64,000 nt of DNA, from assembly GCA_963752475.1 (NCBI GenBank), contig CAVVYR010000029.1:1-64000 (forward strand), read 5' to 3'. Made by a program: the position numbers and the translations under genes. Shown here in pieces: positions 1-11,624 of this stretch. This stretch comes from an uncultured Chloroflexia bacterium (GTDB lineage Bacteria > Chloroflexota > Limnocylindria > Limnocylindrales > CSP1-4). The notes below the pieces were generated by a model. The model did no database searches and was not told the origin of the DNA. It worked only from the letters and a program-made list of their open reading frames with translations. The first letter of the stretch is position 1, and every line of letters begins with the position of its first letter.

Positions 1-268
1 CCTGCAGGCGCTCGCGGGTGCCGGCAAGGACGATGTCGCGGTCCTCGCCATCGACGGCTCCACCGTCGGTATCCAGGGCGTGCTCGACGGCAAGCTCCTC
101 GCCGACAACACCCAGGACCCGATGGCCATAGGCTCCATGGCAGCCGAGTTCGCTATCGGCATGGCCAATGGCGAGATCGAGCCGGGCTCCCTCGAGAAGT
201 ACTTCGACTCGGGCACCACGACGGTGACGATCGACAACGCCGAGGAGGCGATGGAACGCGCCTTCTAG
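1..268 (+). CDS. Sugar ABC transporter substrate-binding protein, C-terminal part (runs off window)
   Basis: Frame reads ...VLAIDGS..GIQGVLDGKLLADNTQDPMAIG...VTIDNA, typical RbsB-like C-terminus; followed by permeases and ATPase. Confidence 0.75.
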   Translation, partial: LQALAGAGKDDVAVLAIDGSTVGIQGVLDGKLLADNTQDPMAIGSMAAEFAIGMANGEIEPGSLEKYFDSGTTTVTIDNAEEAMERAF

Positions 269-340
269 GCCACGACCCTTTCGAAGCAAGCGACCGGCGC
301 GCCCACGCCGGGTGCGCCGGTCGCAAGGGAGACCCGGAGC

Positions 341-1327
341 ATGACCGCTCGCCAGAAGGCAGCGCTCCTGCGCGCCCTCGTCGCTGCAGTGTCGATCGCA
401 GCAGCGGTGTTGCTGGTGGGCCAGTTCGTACCCTTCTTCGCCACGGTCGCCAACCTCGAGAACGTCTGTCCCAGGCGGCCATCCTCTCGGTCGTCGCCTT
501 CGGCATGACCCTCGTGATCCTGACCGGCGGCATCGACCTGTCCGTGGGCGGCATCATGTCGCTCGTGGGCGTGACCGAGGTTGCGCTCGTCGGCGGCGGC
601 GTGCCCTGGCCAGCGGCCATCGTCGTGGGCCTGGGCGTGGGCGCGCTGGTGGGTTCGGCCAACGCGGTCATCGTCTCGCGCCTGAAGCTGCCACCCTTCA
701 TCGCCACCTTCGGCACGCTGGGTATCGCAGCTGGCCTGGCGCTCTACCTGGCCGACCTCGTGGGTCGGCCGATCCTGCCCCCGGACCTCGTGGCCATCGG
801 CAACGAGAGCATCTGAACGTGCCCTACCTCGTCTTCCTCGCCGTCGGTCTGCTGATCGTGCTCGAGCTCGTCTGGCGCGGCACGAGCTGGGCGTGCACCT
901 GCGCGCGACCGGTGACAACCTGGCCGTGGCCGAGCTCTCGGGCGTGCCTACCGTGCGGGTGCTCTCGAGCGCCTACATCGTCTCGGGACTGACGGCCGCC
1001 ACCGCCGGCTCGATGCTGGCCGCGCGCCTGGGTACGGCCAGTCCGCTGCAGGGCGAGCCCTTCACGCTCTCGGCTGTCGCCGCCTGCGTCATCGGTGGGG
1101 TCGACCTCTTCGGCGGGCGAGGCTACCTGTGGGCAGCCGGCGCCGGCGCCATCTTCCTCGTCTCGGTCCGCAACATCCTCAACCTGGAAGGCGTACAGCC
1201 CTTCATGCAGGACTTCGTCACGGGTCTGCTCATCATCCTCGCGGTGCTCGTGACCGTGCAGGGACCGGTGTTGCGTGACGCGCTCGGCAACGCCCTGCGC
1301 CGTGGACAGGAAGGCGGCGCGGCATGA
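341..1327 (+). CDS. Sugar ABC transporter permease (RbsC family), apparent frameshifts near 468, 813 and 891
   Basis: Motifs GMTLVILTGGIDLSVG, PPFIATFG and AACVIGGVDLFGGRG spread over adjacent frames; breaks fall at short C/G runs. Confidence 0.8.
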
Positions 1328-2286
1328 GCAGGGTGTGGGAGCGCATCAGCCGCAACCCCACGCTGGGCCTGCTGGCGCTGCTCATCGTAATGTGGGTCCT
1401 GGCCTGGGTATTCGTGCCCAACTTCGGCAGCCTGGACAACATCCGCAACATCCTGCGCCAGGCCTCGGACCTGTCCGTGGCCGCCATGGGCGTCCTCTTC
1501 GTGCTGCTCATCGGCGGCATCGACCTCTCGGTCGGCGCCCTCTACGGGCTCGTCTCAGTCGTGCTCGTGACCGTGATGATCGAGACCGGCAGCTTCCCGC
1601 TGGCCCTGGCTGCCGCCCTCGCCACTGGCCTCCTCTTCGGCCTGGTCAACGGCGTCCTCGTCCAGTACGTGCGCATCCCGGCATTCATCACCACGCTCGG
1701 CGGCTTCTACATCGCCTACGCCCTGGCGCAGATGATCTCGTCGGGCAGCATGCTCTCGATGCCGGCTGACGACCTCTTCCTCAGCCTGCAGCGCGGCCAG
1801 TTCCTGGGCATCCCGTACCTCGTGGTCCTGGCCGCGATCGTGGCCGTGGTGGCCTGGTTCGGGCTCAACCACACGTCCTTCGGTCGCTCGGTCGTGGCCG
1901 TCGGCTACAACCGTGTGACCGCCGGGCTCTCGGGCATCCGCGTGCCGCACATCATCGTCTCCTGCTTCGTCATCGGCAGCGGCATGGCAGCGCTGGCCGC
2001 GGTCATGCTGACGTCGCGCGTGCAGATCGGCGTGCCCACGCTGGGCGGCTTCAACGCCACGTTCGAGACGATCACGGCCGCGGTGGTCGGCGGCACCAGC
2101 CTCTTCGGTGGCCGCGGCACGGTGGTGGGCGTGATCATCGGCGCCATCATCATCCGCACCATCGGCAACAGCATCGTCCTGCTCAACATCACGCCCTTGC
2201 TCTACCAGGCCGTGATGGGCGCGCTCATCGTGACCTCGCTCGTCATCGACGCGATGCGCAGCCGCTACCTCGGAGAACGCGCATGA
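1324..2286 (+). CDS. Sugar ABC transporter permease (RbsC family)
   Basis: GGIDLSVG, IPAFITTLG and AAVVGGTSLFGGRG motifs; ATGA overlap with upstream gene. Confidence 0.9.
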   Translation: MSRVWERISRNPTLGLLALLIVMWVLAWVFVPNFGSLDNIRNILRQASDLSVAAMGVLFVLLIGGIDLSVGALYGLVSVVLVTVMIETGSFPLALAAALATGLLFGLVNGVLVQYVRIPAFITTLGGFYIAYALAQMISSGSMLSMPADDLFLSLQRGQFLGIPYLVVLAAIVAVVAWFGLNHTSFGRSVVAVGYNRVTAGLSGIRVPHIIVSCFVIGSGMAALAAVMLTSRVQIGVPTLGGFNATFETITAAVVGGTSLFGGRGTVVGVIIGAIIIRTIGNSIVLLNITPLLYQAVMGALIVTSLVIDAMRSRYLGERA

Positions 2287-3874
2287 CGACGACGTCGTGG
2301 CCGAGACACCCACCATGGACGGCCGATCACCCATCCTCGACGCGCAGCACATCCAGAAGTACGCCTACGACGACGAGGGCCGGCCCATCCGCGGCACCGA
2401 CGTGCTGCTGCTGTCCGATGCCAGCCTCGAACTCCGCTCGGGCGAGGTGCACGCGCTCGTGGGTGAGAACGGCGCCGGCAAGTCCACGCTCATCAAGGTC
2501 CTCGCCGGAGCCCTGCCGTTCGAGGGCGGGACGCTGGATGTCATGGGTCAGCCGCGCGGCGAGACCACCATCTCCGAGGTGCGCAAGGAAGGCATCGCGG
2601 TCATCTGGCAGGAGTTCAGCCTGGCGCCGCACCTGAGCGTGGTCGAGAACATGTTCCTGGGCCGCGAGCTACGCCGGGGTCGCCGTCTCGACAAGCCGGA
2701 GATGCGCCGACAGGCGGCCGAGGCCATCGCCTCGCTCGGGGTCGAGATCGACCTCGACAGCCCGGTCGAACGCCTCTCGACCTCCCAGCAGCAGTTGGTC
2801 GAGATCGCACGCGCGTTGAACGAGGATTCGAGATTCTCATCCTCGACGAACCGACCGCCAGCCTCAGCCGCCTCGAGACCGAACGACTGATCGAGCTCAT
2901 GGCGCAGCTCCGCTCCGAGGGGCTGGGCATCATCTTCGTGACCCATCGCCTCGACGAGGTCTTCACCATCTCGGACCGCGTCTCGGTGCTCAAGGACGGC
3001 CGCTCGACCGGCACCTTCCAGACCAGCCAGACCAGTCGCGATGAGATCGTCGAGCGCATGGTCGGCCGCCAGCTCGACTCGGTCTACCAACGCCGCGGCA
3101 GCACCGTCGGCGAGGTGGCCCTGGAGACCCGGGACCTGCGACCGATGGGCGCGGCTGCGCCGGTCTCGATCACCGTCCATCGCGGCGAGATCGTGGGCCT
3201 CGCGGGCCTCGTCGGCGCCGGTCGCACCGAGCTGGCGCGCGCCATCGTGGGCGCAGACCGGGCCGAGTCGGGCTCGGTGCTGCTCAACGGCGAGGACGTC
3301 ACGTCCTGGCCCATGCGCCAGCGCCTCGACGCCGGGCTCGGCTTCGTACCAGAGAACCGCAAGGACCAGGGCGTCATCCTGCCACTGCCCATCCTGCGCA
3401 ATCTGGCCATCACCGAGTGGCCCCGCCTGGGTGCCGGGGCCCTTCGTGATGCCCCGCCGGGAGCGCGGACTCGCACGCTCGATGATGGATGAGCTGAGCA
3501 TCGTGGCCCGCAGCGTGGACCAGCCCGCCTTCACGCTGAGCGGCGGCAACCAGCAGCGCGTGGCCATCGGCAAGTGGCTGGCCCGTGACCGCCTCGTATA
3601 CGTGCTCGATGAGCCGACCCGGGGCGTGGACGTCTCCGCCCGCTACGCGTTGTACCAACTGATGGAGGCCATCGCTGACCGAGGTGGGGCGGTGCTCATG
3701 ATCTCGTCCGACCTGCCCGAGATCATCAGCATGAGTGACCGCATCTACGTCATGCGTACCGGTTCCATCTCGGCCGAGATCGCACCAGGAGACGCGACCG
3801 AACAGTCGGTGCTGACGATGATGCTGCCCGAGCGGAACGAGGGCGACACGAACGGGCAGGCGGCCGGGCCATGA
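2283..3874 (+). CDS. Sugar ABC transporter ATP-binding protein (two ABC domains), apparent frameshifts
   Basis: GENGAGKS, QQLVEIARA, GLVGAGRTE, LSGGNQQ and LDEPTRGVD across ORFs 2297-2890, 2899-3492 and 3041-3874. Confidence 0.85.
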
Positions 3875-3908
3875 ACGCCGAGCCGTCCCCGGCGCACGAC
3901 GGAGTCTG

Positions 3909-4664
3909 ATGAGCTGCGGCCTCGTCTTCGACGTCCGCGAGTTCACCGTGCACGACGGCCCCGGCGTCCGCACGACGGTCTTCATGAAGGGCTGCCCGCT
4001 GCGCTGTACCTGGTGCCACAACCCCGAGGGCCTGGAACCCATGCCTCAGTTGATGCGGTCCGTGAACGGCGAGCGCACGGTCGGCCGCTACTACGAGGCA
4101 GCCGAGCTGGCGAGCATCCTCAACGGCCAAGCCGACGTGCTGGCAACGATGGGCGGCGGGGTCACGTTCTCGGGCGGGGAGCCGCTGATGCAGGCCGGCT
4201 TCCTGGCCGAGGTCATCGACCTGCTTGAGGGCTCGCACGCGGTGCTTGATACCTCGGGCTATGCCCGCTCGGGCGAGTTCGCCGACGTGGCCGGACGCTG
4301 CGACCTGGTGCTCTTCGATATCAAGCTCGTCGACGCGGAAGCGCACCGACGCTGGACCGGCCAGGACAACGAGCCGATCCTGGCCAACCTGGCCTCGCTG
4401 GAAACGCTGTCGACGGCGTTCGTGGCACGGGTACCCCTGGTCCCGGGCGTCACCGATACGCATGGGAACCTCGAGGCCATCGCCCGGCTGCTGGCGACGA
4501 CGCCAACGCTGGTCGAGGTACACCTACTGCCGTACAACCGCGCGGCCGGGGGCAAGTACGACGCGTGTGGCATGCCCTTCACGCCGGGCTACGACGAAGA
4601 GCGCCAGCCGGTCGCGCTCGTGGAACCGTTCGAGCGCAACGGAATCAAGGTGCGAGTCGCATGA
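3909..4664 (+). CDS. Glycyl-radical enzyme activating protein (radical SAM)
   Basis: HDGPGVRTTVFMKGCPLRCTWCHNPE, GGVTFSGGEP and LLPYN; short form without a ferredoxin insert. Confidence 0.92.
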   Translation: MSCGLVFDVREFTVHDGPGVRTTVFMKGCPLRCTWCHNPEGLEPMPQLMRSVNGERTVGRYYEAAELASILNGQADVLATMGGGVTFSGGEPLMQAGFLAEVIDLLEGSHAVLDTSGYARSGEFADVAGRCDLVLFDIKLVDAEAHRRWTGQDNEPILANLASLETLSTAFVARVPLVPGVTDTHGNLEAIARLLATTPTLVEVHLLPYNRAAGGKYDACGMPFTPGYDEERQPVALVEPFERNGIKVRVA

Positions 4665-6756
4665 AGCAGAGACTGATCGAGCTGCGTGAGCGAACACGTG
4701 ACGGCCACTTCGCTCGCTACCGGCAGGCGAAGTCGCCGCAGCTGGTCGAGGAATGTGACGCCGAGGGACTGTCGTGGAGCGCGCGACGGGCACGGCTGAC
4801 GAAACGCATGTGCGAGGCCGAGCGGGCCGTGATCGAACCCGACGAGCGCATCGTCTTCACCCGCACGCTGCGGGACATTCCCGAGGTCTTCTCCTCAGCC
4901 CAGTGCGCCGCCCTGACCGAGGGCTGGACGCTGCACGAAGGCGGAAACGTCAACAATGTCTGCGCCGACTGGGGTCTCGCCATCGCCAAGGCCTGAGCGG
5001 GCGACGTGCCGTGGCCCTCGAGACCCGAAGCAGGCCTTGGCGGCCAGCGAAGACGAGGAAGGTCGAGTTCATCGATGCGGCGATCGAGACCATCGATGCC
5101 GTCGTCGACCTCGCCCAGCGCTATGCCAACGAGGCTCGCGGCATGGGCAGCGACGAGGTCGCAGAGGTGCTGGAACGCGTCCCGGCCCAAGGCGCCCGTA
5201 CGTTCCACGAGGCGCTGCAGTCCTTGCGCTTGCTGCAGGCCGTGGTCTGGCTCAGCGGCCACCACCACGTGGGTCTGGGTCGCCTCGACCAGTACCTCTG
5301 GCCGTACCTCGCGAGTGACCTGAGTCGGGCCGGCTCGACGAGGCCGCGGCGGAGGAACTGCTGGCCGAGTTCTTCATCGCGCTCAACAAGGACTCGGACC
5401 TCTATCCGGGCATCCAGCAGGGTGACAACGGCCAGTCGATGACGCTGGGCGGCACCACGCCCGATGGTGCGACGGCGTCAACCCATTGACCTGGATGGCC
5501 CTGCGTGCGGCACGCGACGCGGGACTGATCGACCCCAAGGTCAACCTGCGCATCACCACAGACACCGACCAGGCGCTGCTGAGGCTGGCCACCGAGCTGA
5601 CCCGCAAGGGTCTGGGCTTCCCGCAGTACTCCAACGACGACGTGGTGTGCCCGCGCTGGTCAGCCACGGCTACGACCTCGAAGACGCGCGCGACTACACC
5701 GTGGCAGCCTGCTGGGAGTTTATCATCCCCGGCCACGGCATGGACGTGGTCAACATCGGCGCTGTGTCCTTCCCGGCTGCGGCCGACATGGCCATCCGAA
5801 CAGGGCTGTCCGCTGGCTCGTCCTTCGAGGCCATCCTCGCGTGCGCCGAGGTCGAGGTCGCCGGCCAGGTGCGAGCGCGCACGGAGCCGTACGAACGGCT
5901 GTTGTGGGCGCCGGCACCCTGGTACTCCGTCCTCATGTCCGACGCCCTCGAACGCGGTGTCGACCACGGTCGCGGCGCCAAGTACCGCAACCTGGGCATC
6001 CACGGCGCCGCGGCTGCCAGCGCCGCCGATTTACTCGCAGCGATCCGGCGTCACGTGTTCGAGCTGGAGAACGTCACAGCCGATGAACTACTACAGGCGC
6101 TGGACGACGACTTCGTGGGCCATGAGGCGCTGCGCGAACGACTGAGCCAGGAGAGTCCTCGGGTCGGTCTTAACGATTTGGCGGTGGACGACCTGCTGGT
6201 GAGGCTGTACGACTGGCTGGCCGACGCGTGCGAAGCCGAACTGAAAGGCTCCGGGCTGGTGGTCCGGCCGGGCACGGGCACGGCCATGTACTACCTCTGG
6301 CTGGCCCGTGGCCGCGATGATGGTCCCCTGCCGGAGCCGGTGGTCGGTGCCACGGCCGATGGGCGGCGGCAGGGCGATCCCTTCGGGGCGAACCTGGCAC
6401 CGACACCGGGCACCGACCTGCGAGGACCCATCAGCGTGCTCCAGTCTTACGCCAAGGTCGACTACGACCGCATCTGCAACGGCGGTCCCATCACGCTCGA
6501 GCTATCCGACTCCGTCTTCCGCGGCGACGAGTCCATCGACAAGGTCGCGGCCCTCGTGCGCACCTTCGCCACGCTCGGCGGCCAGCAGCTGCAGTTGAAT
6601 GCGCTCAGTGCCAGCCAGCTGCTCGAGGCCAAGGCGCACCCGGAGCGGCACCGCGATCTCATCGTCCGCGTGTGGGGCTGGAGCGGCTACTTCTGCGAGC
6701 TGTCGCCCGAGTACCAGGACCACGTCATAGCGAGGCATCTGCACGCCGAGGTCTGA
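4661..6756 (+). CDS. Pyruvate formate-lyase-family glycyl radical enzyme, substrate unknown, apparent frameshifts
   Basis: LGRLDQYLWPY, GLGFPQYSND, Cys loop AACWEF, QLQLN and the C-terminal Gly loop LIVRVWGWSGYF; adjacent to activase. Confidence 0.88.
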
Positions 6757-6914
6757 CGGCCGATTGCGGATAGCGCACCCTGCTGTCGGGTCGAGGATGG
6801 CCAGGACGATCCCGACGACGGTCGATGGCGCCGGTCTCGACTCCGTGCCAAAACTGCGGGAACGTACGGGCGGCCTTGCGATCGCCACCGCCTGTAGCCT
6901 CCGAGCTGTCATCA

Positions 6915-7024
6915 GTCTCCCCTGACCCACAGCGGAGACACCAACCAGAGCATCCGAGGATCAGGAGTCAGAAGGGGATCGAAGGTTCGAATCCTTCCTC
7001 GCCAGCCATTCCCATGAGCGTGAA
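6915..7024 (+). repeat. att-like junction copy 1: conserved arm plus tRNA-Gln 3' fragment (6973-7008)
   Basis: AGGGGATCGAAGGTTCGAATCCTTCCTCGCCAGCCA = variable loop, T arm, acceptor 3' strand and CCA; upstream arm and downstream TTCCC..TGAGCGTGAA shared with the 16161-16306 copy. Confidence 0.8.
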
Positions 7025-7138
7025 GGTTGGGTTCGGGTACCGGATCGAAGGGCGCACCACCTTCGAACTACCCCCAGCGCCACCCCCACCAACTGCCTGG
7101 GACACCTCATCCGACTCCTCGGGTGGAGCGGCCGAGAA

Positions 7139-7230
7139 TCACATCCATCCGATCTGCGACATGCCGTCCGTGAGGTGCCCGTAGGTATCCAAAGTCGTGG
7201 AGATGGTGGAGTGACCGAGCACCTTGGATT
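7139..7230 (-). pseudogene. Tyrosine recombinase/integrase C-terminal remnant
   Basis: SKVLGHSTISTTLDTYGHL matches the box II LGH...Y motif; about 130 bp from the tRNA fragment; the rest of the gene is absent. Confidence 0.75.
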
Positions 7231-7353
7231 CCGGTGCCTCATCGCCGGGCCAGATGGGGCTCTCGACGTTGATCGATCCGTTCATGGCGCGAACCAAGCG
7301 GTCCGCGAAATAGGGAGTAGTGTGCATGGCGTGAACGGACTCACGCCAGACAG

Positions 7354-7977
7354 ATGACCAAGAGATTGACTGGAGCGGAGACGCGTGCCCGGATCACCGC
7401 CTCGGTCGTTGCCCTTATCGAGGAACAGGGCGCCGCCGGTATCAGCACGTCTGAAGCGATGCGCCGAGCCCAGGTCTCGCGAACTGCCTTCTATCGACAC
7501 TATTCCGATGTCTACGCCGTCGTCGTGGAGATCCTGGAAGGGGTCGCGCTGGAGTTCCAGGAGCAGTCGGGTGGTTGGTTTAGGGACCCGGGGAGTGTCG
7601 GCAGCCTTGCCGTCATCTACCCGAACCTCCTCGCCTATGCCCGTGCCTACGTCAAGTACGGCCGACTCATGGCGGCGCTAGCGGACGCTGCGGGCGTCGA
7701 TGATCGTGTCCATTCGATCTGGTGGGATGATCTGATCGGGGGCTACGTCGACACCACTGCTGCCGCGATCAGGCGGGACCAGGCGGCCGGGGCGATCCGC
7801 GCCGACCTTGACCCCGAAGACACGGCCTCCGCTCTCACGCTGGCGGGAGAACGGGTCTCGTACGACTTGTTCGGGCGTCATCGACGCGGGGAGCCAGAGG
7901 ACTTCGCTCGGATCATGTCGCCGATCTGGGCCGCGTCGCTCTTCGGTGTGGTCCCGGCCGACGACGACCCCTCATAG
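7354..7977 (+). CDS. TetR/AcrR family transcriptional regulator
   Basis: N-terminal HTH ...RRAQVSRTAFYRHYSD; 207 aa. Confidence 0.85.
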   Translation: MTKRLTGAETRARITASVVALIEEQGAAGISTSEAMRRAQVSRTAFYRHYSDVYAVVVEILEGVALEFQEQSGGWFRDPGSVGSLAVIYPNLLAYARAYVKYGRLMAALADAAGVDDRVHSIWWDDLIGGYVDTTAAAIRRDQAAGAIRADLDPEDTASALTLAGERVSYDLFGRHRRGEPEDFARIMSPIWAASLFGVVPADDDPS

Positions 7978-8139
7978 GGCCGACTGTGCGATCCAGCCGC
8001 GACGGGTAGTTCGGCTGGAGCTAGGGGATGTGACGCCCTGTCACTTTGAAGGTACCCTTGCTGCGGGGCCGGCCCCAGCGGGGCTTAGCCATTACGCCCA
8101 CGAACGACACGGCCCGATGGCCCGACAGAGGAGAACACC

Positions 8140-9597
8140 ATGGCAGGCGACATCCCCAAGGGCTACAACACGCCGATCCCCGTGAAGGTCACCACGCCCG
8201 ACCAGGTAGAGACCAGCCTCGGGACACTCGACTTCGACGATGGTGTGCCCACGGCCGAGACCGCCCAGAAGCTCTTCCACAACCTCGACCTCATGCGTGC
8301 AGTGGAGGTGTTCCTGAACTGCATCCCGGCCGCGTCCATGGAGGCGGTGCGTCTCGGCCTCGCCGAGGTCGGGGCCGATGCCAACCACAAGATGGGCATC
8401 ATGGATCGCCTGCTGGATTCCGATCCCCTGTTCCTGACCGGCAACACCGACACCGTGTACTGCTCGGGCTTCCTGGACCTGACGGACGGTCCGCTCGTCG
8501 TGGAGATCCCACCCGGCTGCGGTCCCGGCACCGTGAACGACGCGTGGTTCCGCTTCGTCGTCGACATGGGCGGACCGGGTCCCGACCGCGGTCAGGGCGG
8601 CAAGTACCTCTTGCTACCGCCCGACTACGAGGGCGAGGAGCCCGAAGGCTACTTCGTGGCGCGTTCGCGCAGCTACGGCAACGCGCTCGTCCTGCGTGGC
8701 TTCCTCGTCGATGGTAAGCCTGACGCCGCGGCGCGCATGTTCCGCGAGGGTGTGCGGATCTACCCACTGTCAGAGGCGAACGACCCGCCGCAGATGGAGT
8801 TCGTGAGCACATCCGAGCGGCAGTTCAACACCGTCCACGCCAACAACGTCGACTACTTCGACGAGATCGCCCCGGTCATCGCCCGCGAGCCCGTCGAGAT
8901 GATCGATCCCGAGACTCGCGGCCTGCTGGCCTCGATCGGCATCCACAAGGACAAGCCCTTCGCCCCCGACGAGCGCATGCGCGAGATCCTCGTCGAGGCC
9001 GCAGCCATCGGCAACGCCACCGCTCGCGCCCTCTTCTTCCACAACCGTGACGAGGGCTTCCTGCTCTACGACGACCGCCAGTGGCACACCTTCTTCATCG
9101 GCGGTGACTATCGCTGGCTGCGCGATGACGGCCGCGGTGGCCGGCACCTCGACGCACGCTCACTGTTCTTCTACGTGGCCACCGTCAACACGCCGGCCAT
9201 GGCGCTGGAGATGGTCGGCATCGGCTCGCAGTACGGCGGAGCCTCCAAGGACGCCGACGGCGACTGCTTCGATGGCGCTGCCGACTACCGGTTGCGGTTG
9301 CCGGCCGGTGTCCCGGTGAAGGACTTCTGGTCGGTCTGCGTCTACGACCCCCAGACGCGCTCCGAGCTACAGACGGGCCAGCCCTTCCCCAGCCTCAACA
9401 ACGTCAGCGGTGACCTCGAGTTCAACAGCGACGGCTCGGTCGACCTCCTTTTCGGGCCGGAACCGCCTGCGGAGAAGGCCGGCAACTGGATCCAGACGGT
9501 GCCGGGCAAGGGCTGGTTCGCGGTCATCCGCCTGTATGGGCCACTCGAGGGGTGGTTCGACAAGACGTGGAGGCCGAACGACATCGAGAAGATCTGA
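8140..9597 (+). CDS. DUF1254/DUF1214 domain protein
   Basis: LTGNTDTVY, GPDRGQGGKYLLLP, FWSVCVYD, DGSVDLLFGP, NWIQT and RLYGP motifs; RBS GAGGAG. Confidence 0.88.
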   Translation: MAGDIPKGYNTPIPVKVTTPDQVETSLGTLDFDDGVPTAETAQKLFHNLDLMRAVEVFLNCIPAASMEAVRLGLAEVGADANHKMGIMDRLLDSDPLFLTGNTDTVYCSGFLDLTDGPLVVEIPPGCGPGTVNDAWFRFVVDMGGPGPDRGQGGKYLLLPPDYEGEEPEGYFVARSRSYGNALVLRGFLVDGKPDAAARMFREGVRIYPLSEANDPPQMEFVSTSERQFNTVHANNVDYFDEIAPVIAREPVEMIDPETRGLLASIGIHKDKPFAPDERMREILVEAAAIGNATARALFFHNRDEGFLLYDDRQWHTFFIGGDYRWLRDDGRGGRHLDARSLFFYVATVNTPAMALEMVGIGSQYGGASKDADGDCFDGAADYRLRLPAGVPVKDFWSVCVYDPQTRSELQTGQPFPSLNNVSGDLEFNSDGSVDLLFGPEPPAEKAGNWIQTVPGKGWFAVIRLYGPLEGWFDKTWRPNDIEKI

Positions 9598-11415
9598 CGT
9601 CGGGGCCCGCGGTGTCCGAGGTCAGATGTCGAAGACCGACTTCACCAACGACACCCACCGGGCCAGCCGTGACCGGTCGCCGCCGACGTCGTAGACATCG
9701 CGGAACAGCAGCTCCACGACGCAGTCACGCGCCGCATCGTACGTCCGGCGAAGGTCGGGCTTGCGGCTGAAGACGTAGTCCGACCCACCAAGGGATGTGA
9801 CACGCTGATCACGTTGAAGGTAACCATGCCGACGGGGTCGGGACCAGCGTCGGGACACCGACTTCGAGGATGGCGTGCCCACGGCCGAGACCGCCCAGAA
9901 GCTCTTCCACAACCTCGACCTCATGCGTGCAGTGGAGGTGTTCCTGAACTGCATCCCGGCCGCGTCCATGGAGGCGGTGCGTCTCGGCCTCGCCGAGGTC
10001 GGGGCCGATGCCAACCACAAGATGGGCATCTTCGATCGACCTCCTGGATTCCAATCCCCTGTTCCTGACCGGCAACACCGACACCGTGTACTGCTCGGGC
10101 TTCCTGGACCTGACGGACGGTCCGGTAGTGGTGGAAGTCCCGCCCGGCTGCGGTCCGGGAACCGTGAACGACGCCTGGTTCAGGTTCGTCGTCGACATGG
10201 GCGGACCGGGTCCCGACCGCGGTCAGGGCGGCAAGTACCTCTTGCTACCGCCCGACTACGAGGGCGAGGAGCCCGAAGGCTACTTCGTGGCGCGTTCGCG
10301 CAGCTACGGCAACGCGCTCGTCCTGCGTGGCTTCCTCGTCGATGGTAAGCCTGACGCCGCGGCGCGCATGTTCCGCGAGGGTGTGCGGATCTACCCGCTG
10401 TCAGAGGCGAACGACCCGCCGCAGATGGAGTTCGTGAGCACATCCGAGCGGCAGTTCAACACCGTCCACGCCAACAACGTCGACTACTTCGACGAGATCG
10501 CCCCGGTCATCGCCCGCGAGCCCGTCGAGATCGATCGATCCCGAGACTCGCGGCCTGCTGGCCTCGATCGGCATCCACAAGGACAAGCCCTTCGCCCCCG
10601 ACGAGCGCATGCGCGAGATCCTCGTCGAGGCCGCAGCCATCGGCAACGCCACCGCTCGTGCCCTCTTCTTCCACAACCGTGACGAGGGCTTCCTGCTCTA
10701 CGACGACCGCCAGTGGCACACCTTCTTCATCGGCGGTGACTATCGCTGGCTGCGCGATGACGGCCGCGGTGGCCGGCATCTCGACGCACGCTCGCTGTAC
10801 TTCTACGTCGCCACCGTCAACACGCCGGCCATGGCGCTGGAGATGGTCGGCATCGGCTCGCAGTACGGCGGAGCCTCCAAGGACGCCGACGGCGACTGCT
10901 TCGATGGCGCTGCCGACTACCGGTTGCGGTTGCCGGCCGGTGTCCCGGTGAAGGACTTCTGGTCGGTCTGCGTCTACGACCCCCAGACGCGCTCTGAGCT
11001 ACAGACGGGCCAGCCCTTCCCCAGCCTCAACAACGTCAGCGGTGACCTCGAGTTCAACAGCGACGGCTCGGTCGACCTCCTTTTCGGGCCGGAACCGCCT
11101 GCGGAGAAGACCGGCAACTGGATCCAGACGGTGCCGGGCAAGGGCTGGTTCGCGGTCATCCGCCTGTATGGGCCACTCGAGGGGTGGTTCGACAAGACGT
11201 GGAGGCCGAACGACATCGAGAAGATCTGACGTCGGGGCCCGCGGTGTCCGAGGTCAGATGTCGAAGACCGACTTCACCAACGACACCCACCGGGCCAGCC
11301 GTGACCGGTCGCCGCCGACGTCGTAGACATCGCGGAACAGCAGCTCCACGACGCAGTCACGCGCCGCATCGTACGTCCGGCGAAGGTCGGGCTTGCGGCT
11401 GAAGACGTAGTCCGA
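8212..11415 (+). repeat. Near-identical tandem duplication, about 1.63 kb period (8212-9783 vs 9843-11415)
   Basis: Gene body and about 185 bp of downstream non-coding DNA are repeated almost verbatim. Confidence 0.92.
9843..11229 (+). pseudogene. Second copy of the DUF1254/DUF1214 gene, lacking its 5' end and frameshifted
   Basis: ORF pieces 9875, 10008 and 10609 reproduce the 8140-9597 protein. Confidence 0.8.
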
Positions 11416-11418
11416 GCC

Positions 11419-11605
11419 CATCATCTCCGCCGCCATCGTGGTGGCTGCCTCACTCAGTGGTGATGTCGTGGTGCTCACGATGGTCGGCGCGCTCATCATC
11501 CCCATCGTCCTCATCGTCCTCGCCGGCGAGCTGGGCAGGCGGGTCGCGCCGACCGTCGGCGACGCGAACGGCGAGACACCGGCCACCGAACCAGCCTCCC
11601 GCTGA
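11419..11605 (+). pseudogene. C-terminal fragment of a membrane transporter (bile acid:sodium symporter-like)
   Basis: IISAAIVVAASLSGDVVVLTMVGALIIPIVLIVLAGELGRR; no start codon; begins at the duplication boundary. Confidence 0.4.
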
Positions 11606-11624
11606 GCACACCAAGGAGTCTTAG

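Noticed and set aside
341-5660. Multiple frameshifts suggesting pseudogenisation or programmed frameshifting
   Set aside because: The breaks examined are single-base losses at short homopolymers (e.g. gtc[c]tg, atc[c]tg), typical of long-read error, and catalytic motifs are intact.
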